Source: an uncultured bacterium
GTDB taxonomy: Bacteria; Patescibacteriota; Gracilibacteria; Absconditabacterales; Absconditicoccaceae
Assembly: GCA_937872535.1 (NCBI GenBank)
Contig: CALMTC010000016.1
Coordinates: forward strand, 41,081 to 105,080
Reading direction: 5' to 3'
Length of the DNA: 64,000 bases
Shown: positions 58,953 through 64,000 of the stretch, piece after piece
How the letters are laid out: each line of letters starts with the position of its first letter
Position numbering within the stretch: the stretch's first letter is position 1
The notes under the pieces: generated by a model
Seen by the model: only the letters and a program-made list of their open reading frames with translations
The model's database searches: none
Told to the model about the DNA's origin: nothing
Translations under genes and position numbers: made by a program

Positions 58953-59360
58953 TTACGGCATTTTTGGTGCAAATTTTGCCGTTTTGATGTGTTGTTGGGC
59001 ATTTGATTTTTTTTTGTTTTTTTCTTTTTCAACCAGTAAGCTTTGGAAAGCTTCTTTTGTTCTATTGTTTTTCCAAGCTTCTTTTAAGTCTTTTTTAAAG
59101 TCATCTTCCGTTTGGAAGGAGCTGGCGAGTATCGTTTTGATTTCCCATTTCCCATAAGTTATTTCAACTTTGGTGGCTTTTTTAGTTCTTCTTACCTTGA
59201 TAGAACTTGTTTGCGTTTTGAACGAAAAAACTTTTTTCTGATTTTCGCTCATTTTTTGGAGCAATTGAATAATTGCTCTGAACACGGATTCTTCAGAAAT
59301 TCCGTTTTCATTGTCTGAGCTGTCAAGCTCGAATGAGATTTTTGACTGAGATTTTTCCAT
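58953..59360 (-). CDS. hypothetical basic protein
   Basis: Intact track ORF with a TAA stop and no TGA. No domain recognised. Confidence 0.45.
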   Translation of the reverse strand: MEKSQSKISFELDSSDNENGISEESVFRAIIQLLQKMSENQKKVFSFKTQTSSIKVRRTKKATKVEITYGKWEIKTILASSFQTEDDFKKDLKEAWKNNRTKEAFQSLLVEKEKNKKKSNAQQHIKTAKFAPKMP

Positions 59361-59507
59361 TTTTTATGTTCGTTATTTTGAACAACTTTCGTATAATTAA
59401 AATATCTACAATGTCAATGTTATTTTTTTATCTGGTTTTTTTCTATTTTAAAAGTATTGTTTGTGAGTTTATCAGAAAATAATTTTTTATGTTTTTATTT
59501 TTGAGGT

Positions 59508-60470
59508 ATGGATAAGTTGGGATTATTGAGAGAAAAAATTGAGCAGAGCAGTACGATAGCTCTTTTTGGTCATGAATATATTGACGGTGATTGTATGGGG
59601 AGTATGATTTGATTTTGAATGATGCTTGAAAAAATGGGTAAAAAAGTTTCGTATTTTACACCGATTGCACCGAGTTCTTATTTTTCGTTTCTCAATTTTA
59701 AAAAAATGGAGACTGATTTTTCTTATAAAAACTATGATTGTTTATTTTTTTTGGATTTTGGAGCTTATAGTCGTATCTGAGGCTTTACAGCTGGGAAAGA
59801 ACAATACTTTCAGAGTTCTCAACTGGTTGTGATAGATCATCATCCTTTTGTAGATCCAATAGGAACTCTTCGCTATGTGGATGTCGAGGCTAGTAGCAAC
59901 TGCGAATTACTTTATGAGATTTGCAAAGAACTTTATCCTGAACTCATTGATGAAAAAGTAGCGACTGCTTTCTATATGGGATTGACGACTGATACTGGTA
60001 ACTTTTCTTTTGAAAAAGATTCTCTTAGGACTATGAAAAATGCTTATGAACTTCTTCAGTATGGAGTGGATAAAAGAAAATTACTCCAAAATCTTTTTGG
60101 CAATAAATCATTTTTGGCTGTGAAGTTTGTACAGCTTTTGATTGAAAGGCTAAAGCTTCAGGATGGTCTGCTGTATACTTACTGTGAAGAAACTGAAATG
60201 CAAGAATATGGGCTGGAAAAAGATGAAGCTGAAGCAGGAGTAGGTCTGATACAGTCGATCTGAGAGGCTAAAGTTTTTCTTTTTATGAGAAGATTTGGCG
60301 ATGTGATCAAATGTTCCTTAAGATCAAAAGGTGGTATTGATGTTAATGCTATTGCTCAAAATTTTGGCGGATGAGGTCACAAGGCTGCTTCTGGCTTCAA
60401 AGTGCCTGTACAATGAGATTTTTTAAAACAGATTGAAGAGATTGTATCAGGAGTAAAGAAATTTTTATAG
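59508..60470 (+). CDS. nrnA: DHH-family phosphoesterase (NrnA-like)
   Basis: ATG 59508 in frame 0 includes track ORF 59829-60263. Motifs: GHEYIDGDCMGS, VIDHH, DTGNF, and DHHA1 NFGGGGH with TGA 60372-60374 as one Gly. Stop is TAG 60468-60470. Confidence 0.8.
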
Positions 60471-60490
60471 ATTTTTAGTCAAAAAAGAAA

Positions 60491-60518
60491 ACGGAGGCTG
60501 ATACGCTTCCGTTTTTTT
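60491..60518. terminator. bidirectional intrinsic terminator
   Basis: Stem ACGGAGGC / GCTTCCGT (one G-U pair) with a 6-nt loop, an A-run 5' and T7 3'. Confidence 0.65.
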
Positions 60519-60522
60519 GTAC

Positions 60523-60792
60523 TTATGGCTTTTTTAACTTGAATACGATCAATTCTTTTTGATCATATAGGTTAATAGACAGTGAAAAATTTTTTTCATT
60601 TTCTTGGTCGATGCCAAAAATTCTTTTCAGATCTTTGATGAGATATTTTCTTAAAATATCATCTTTTATGAGTAAGAAATTTAGCATTAAATTGGATATA
60701 TCCAATCTACATATCCAATCTGAAGATCTTACTTTTTTTAGAATTCTTCTGATTTTTACGAGCTCTCTTAGCGCTCTTGTGTTTGTTTTCAT
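60523..60792 (-). CDS. hypothetical small basic protein
   Basis: Intact track ORF with a TAA stop and no TGA. No domain recognised. Confidence 0.4.
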   Translation of the reverse strand: MKTNTRALRELVKIRRILKKVRSSDWICRLDISNLMLNFLLIKDDILRKYLIKDLKRIFGIDQENEKNFSLSINLYDQKELIVFKLKKP

Positions 60793-60944
60793 AATTTTTT
60801 TATTTCCCTAGATGGTAGTAAACAGTACTCTAAAATCAAGTTTTTTATCGAAATTTCTGACTATTATAACTTAAAAAGTTTTTATTCTGGAAAATGCTTA
60901 TTTCTGCTTGAGAAATATTCTCTTTTTCGTAGAAAAAAGGTATT

Positions 60945-60985
60945 TCCCTTCGATATACTCAGGGACCGATGATGGAGTTTTTTGG
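60945..60985 (+). promoter_or_regulatory. conserved hairpin element, copy B
   Basis: TCCCT-TCGATATACTC-AGGGA followed by CCGATGATGGAG and TTTTTTGG. It lies about 70 nt upstream of ATG 61054. Confidence 0.5.
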
Positions 60986-61053
60986 TTGGACTGTAACTCT
61001 GCGGTAATGGTTGTTGTTTTTCTTGTTTCGTTGTTTACTTAAACAAAAAATAA

Positions 61054-64000
61054 ATGCAGATAAAAAAATTTTTTATAAAAATATTTTCTTTTTTATTTGT
61101 TGCTTTTTTGTGATTGGGTGGTTTTTTGATGGCTGATTTTCAGGAGTTTCAGAGACAGCTGGGGAGTATGGGGCTAGTGAGTGAAGATTTTATGAAGAAG
61201 CCAGCGATTTCGAGATACGAGTTGTCGAGATTGCTCAATGCTGTGGAGTGTAAAGACTGTGTAAATCCAGATAAGAGTATGATAGATAGCTATAGTCAGC
61301 AGTTTTGGAATCAGTTTGTGAAGTTACCAGGAAAAGATTTTTCAGATATTTTTTATAGACAGGCGGTTTATAATCAGCAAAGTTATTTTTACTGTGTGGC
61401 TTATGTCGGTGATAATCAGTATATGAGATGATATCCTTTGGCGACGAGTCCACTGTGTGCTGGGCAGTTTTGTGGTGTCTTGAATACGACAAAGGCTGAA
61501 TTTCTTCAAGTAGTTTTCAATATTTTGGTAGAGTATGTAGCTAGCCAATATCGTACAAATTGGAAAACAGTGCAGGATCGAGTAGGGTCCCTTGGAATGA
61601 CTGGCTATGCTTTTAGAAACTTGGATTTGACTGATTTTTCTACGATTTCAAGTTGACTGGCTCAGTGTGGGAATAATGAATGTCTTCTTCGTAATGGTCA
61701 GGAATTGAAAACTTATGCGAAGTATTGTATGTTTAATCTTCAGAAATGTGGCTTTCAGGAATTTTGATCTATAAAACAAGGTTTTTGGCCAGTGGCAGAG
61801 TTAAATATTTTGTATAATCAAAATGTGGTTCCGTTGGAAGAGGCTTTGAAAACTGATATTGGGAAGCCTGTTAGCTCGCAAGAGGCTGTTCAGACTTTTT
61901 ATAGACTCTATCAAAAAGTTCAGTGCCAGTTCAATAATGATTATGATTGTGATGGAATTGATAACCCTAATGATAACTGTCCTGCCTTTTATAATCCTCG
62001 TCAGCTTGATACTGATAAAGATGGATATGGAGATGTTTGTGATGGTGTGTGAACTTGAGGATTTATCTGATGAGATGGAGATATTGATGGTGATGGGGTA
62101 GAAAATCCTCTTTGAATTGTTGATGCAAATGGAAATATTATTGTCTGATTGTTGACATGAGGAACTGATAATTGTATTTTTGTTGCTAATCCTGATCAAC
62201 TTGATGCTGATGGAAATTGAATCTGAGATGCTTGTGAACAAAAAAAAATAGTCTATTGAATGCATATTGTTTTGGAAAAAATTGAATGATCTGCTCCAGT
62301 TTCTGTCAGAATGCGTGTCGAAAATTCTGATAATCATACTGTAGAGCGAGATTTTGGTGATGGTTCTCAAGGAGTGGGTAAAGTGGTTAATCATATTTTT
62401 GAAAAACCCTGACTTTTTATTATAAAAGCTCAATGAACTTGAGTTTATCAGCCTGATATTGCTCAGGCTACTCTCGTTGTTGGGCAATCAAAAAAACAGG
62501 CTTATGCGTTACAAGCTTTGGCTACACCTCTTGTGGCTCAAATACCTTTTAGAGCCAATTTGACTTATAAAACAATGTGAGAATTTTCTCAAATACAATG
62601 GAATTTACCATCTGGCATTAAAACTGCACCAATAAATACTTCTCTTACGGAACAAATTATTTCTCAGGATTCTCAAACTTTAGTAGCTCAAGGGTTGGTA
62701 GCTGGTGAAATAAAAGCTGTGAGTCAGATCGTAGTGGCTGGTGGTTCTTACTGACAATGAGCTTCTTTATCTGTAGATGCTTTGGAGTGAGATTTACTGA
62801 AAAAATTTTCTTTTAAAACTACTGTGGCTGGTTTTAGTTTGGACGATGTTAATTCTGTTCAGTGGGATTTTTGAGATGGGCAAATACTTACGAATAGATC
62901 TCTTTCTATGATCAAGCAGTATTCTGTTTATGGATCAAAAATTGTCACTCAAAAAATTTCTCTTACTGATGGTCGTATTTTGGAAACTAAACTTACTGTT
63001 TATATTTGAAAAAAGAATGAAGATGTTTCTTCTTCTATTCATTTAACTGCAGAGAAACTTGTTGTTCCATACTGAGAAAATATTTCATTAAAACTTTCTC
63101 TTACTTCAGTTCCACTTAATTCTATTAGTACAATAGTTTGGAATTTCTGAGATGGTCAAACTAAAGTGCGTAATTCTGCTGTTTCATCACAGCTTTCTGA
63201 ATCACATTTTTATAATTGACCAGGAATTTTTCATCCTACTGTTTCTGTTTACTGACCAGCTTGTCTTTTTTATAGTCAACAACTTACAGTAGAAGTTAAA
63301 AAACCTTTTGATTGTTATGAAGCGTATTTGAATTGATCGTTAAAAAATTTCAAGTGTGATATGGATAAAGATGGAATGCCTGATATTTGTGATGAAGATA
63401 TCGATGGTGATGGCAGAAATAATATTTTATGACTTATTCTTTTTGAAAATCAGGATTGTTCAATTAATTTTTGATGAGATACTAGAAGTCAAACAAATGC
63501 AGAAAATAAATTTAATGTAGATTTTTATGCTTTGAGAGATTATTATTCTCATGGGAGTTGTTTGATGGATAATTGTCCTTTGAAAACTAATCCTAATCAG
63601 ATTGATTCTAATTTGAATGGTGTTGGAGATGTTTGTGATGACTGATTTTTCTCAATAACATGAGGTTTTTGAAGTGGTGATTGACAGGGCAGTAGTAATT
63701 CTGGTGGAAATGTTAATAATACTGATTTTTGTCTTGATGGAAATAATTGTTTCCAAGATGCTGATGGAGATTGAATACTTGATTCTGATGATGCTTGTCC
63801 TACAGTACCAGAAAATTATAATGGAGTAGAGGATCTTGATGGTTGTCCTGAAATTTGATTGCAGGATGCGTGTTGAGTATCTCAGGCTTCTTGTCCTGCT
63901 GGACAGACTTGTATTAGCGTTGTAAATTGTAATCAGTGTCCTTGTCAATATGCTGACTTTGTGGGAAGCTTAATTCCTGGAGATACTGTTAGAGCTGGAC
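61054..64000 (+). CDS. large secreted protein with thrombospondin type-3 (Ca-binding) repeats and PKD domains (3' end outside window)
   Basis: ATG 61054 follows an in-frame TAA. Frame 1 was verified line by line to the window end. The N-terminus is signal-like. TSP3-like motifs: DCDGIDNPNDNCP...DTDKDGYGDVCD, DMDKDGMPDICDEDIDGDG, NQIDSNLNGVGDVCDD. There are three PKD WxFGDG motifs. Confidence 0.7.

Noticed and set aside
61801-62487. 228-aa minus-strand track ORF, the longest antisense ORF
   Set aside because: It is antisense to the TSP3/PKD gene, whose frame I verified codon by codon. Its I/S/N-rich sequence mirrors the Asp/Gly-rich sense strand.
1-64000. Interpretation of the many short, adjacent same-frame ORFs as a heavily pseudogenised or frameshifted genome
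   Set aside because: Every break is a TGA at a position where orthologues have Gly. The frames never shift, and the real TAA/TAG stops are followed by terminators. Recoding explains all of it.
1-64000. Search for rRNA, tRNA, CRISPR arrays, transposases, integrases, phage genes and toxin-antitoxin pairs
   Set aside because: Nothing convincing was seen. No GTTCGAATC-type T-arms occur in intergenic DNA, there are no direct repeat-spacer arrays, and I found no DDE or tyrosine recombinase motifs in any stitched ORF.

Overview
AT-rich bacterial chromosomal segment that only makes sense under a recoded genetic code. In-frame TGA sits at invariant glycine positions in every conserved gene, as in translation table 25 (Gracilibacteria/Absconditabacteria, CPR). 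The supplied standard-code ORF track therefore breaks almost every gene into pieces and promotes many antisense artefacts. Reading TGA as Gly and stopping only at TAA/TAG gives about 50 genes. CGA also falls repeatedly on invariant tryptophan positions (UNG, PheS, PNPase, two M23 peptidases, two PKD domains). This indicates a second, sense-codon reassignment (CGA->Trp) and points to an Absconditabacteria (SR1)-type genome. Housekeeping genes: hflX, pnp, holB, mltG, dprA, fusA, gatC, hrcA, ruvB, pheS, uvrA, ung, rsmE, lepA, and an nrnA-like DHH gene. Accessory content has three parts. First, many large secreted or cell-surface proteins with PKD, SLH-like, beta-helix, FN3/Ig-like, thrombospondin type-3 and beta-propeller domains. 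Second, several peptidoglycan hydrolases. Third, a 15.7 kb divergent pair of operons (15763-31454) encoding eight orphan proteins. These include 1038-aa and 1896-aa proteins that share a glycine-zipper membrane hairpin, and the + arm ends in a transglutaminase-like Cys-His-Asp domain protein. Non-coding signals: a conserved hairpin element present three times, each upstream of a large surface-protein gene. A GC-rich, probably structured, region lies at 11.4-11.8 kb. A CCAGAA/TTCTGG motif recurs at most gene boundaries, and there are several intrinsic terminators. I found no rRNA, tRNA, CRISPR array, transposase or integrase. All coordinates come from manual frame tracking. Start codons are the least certain part.
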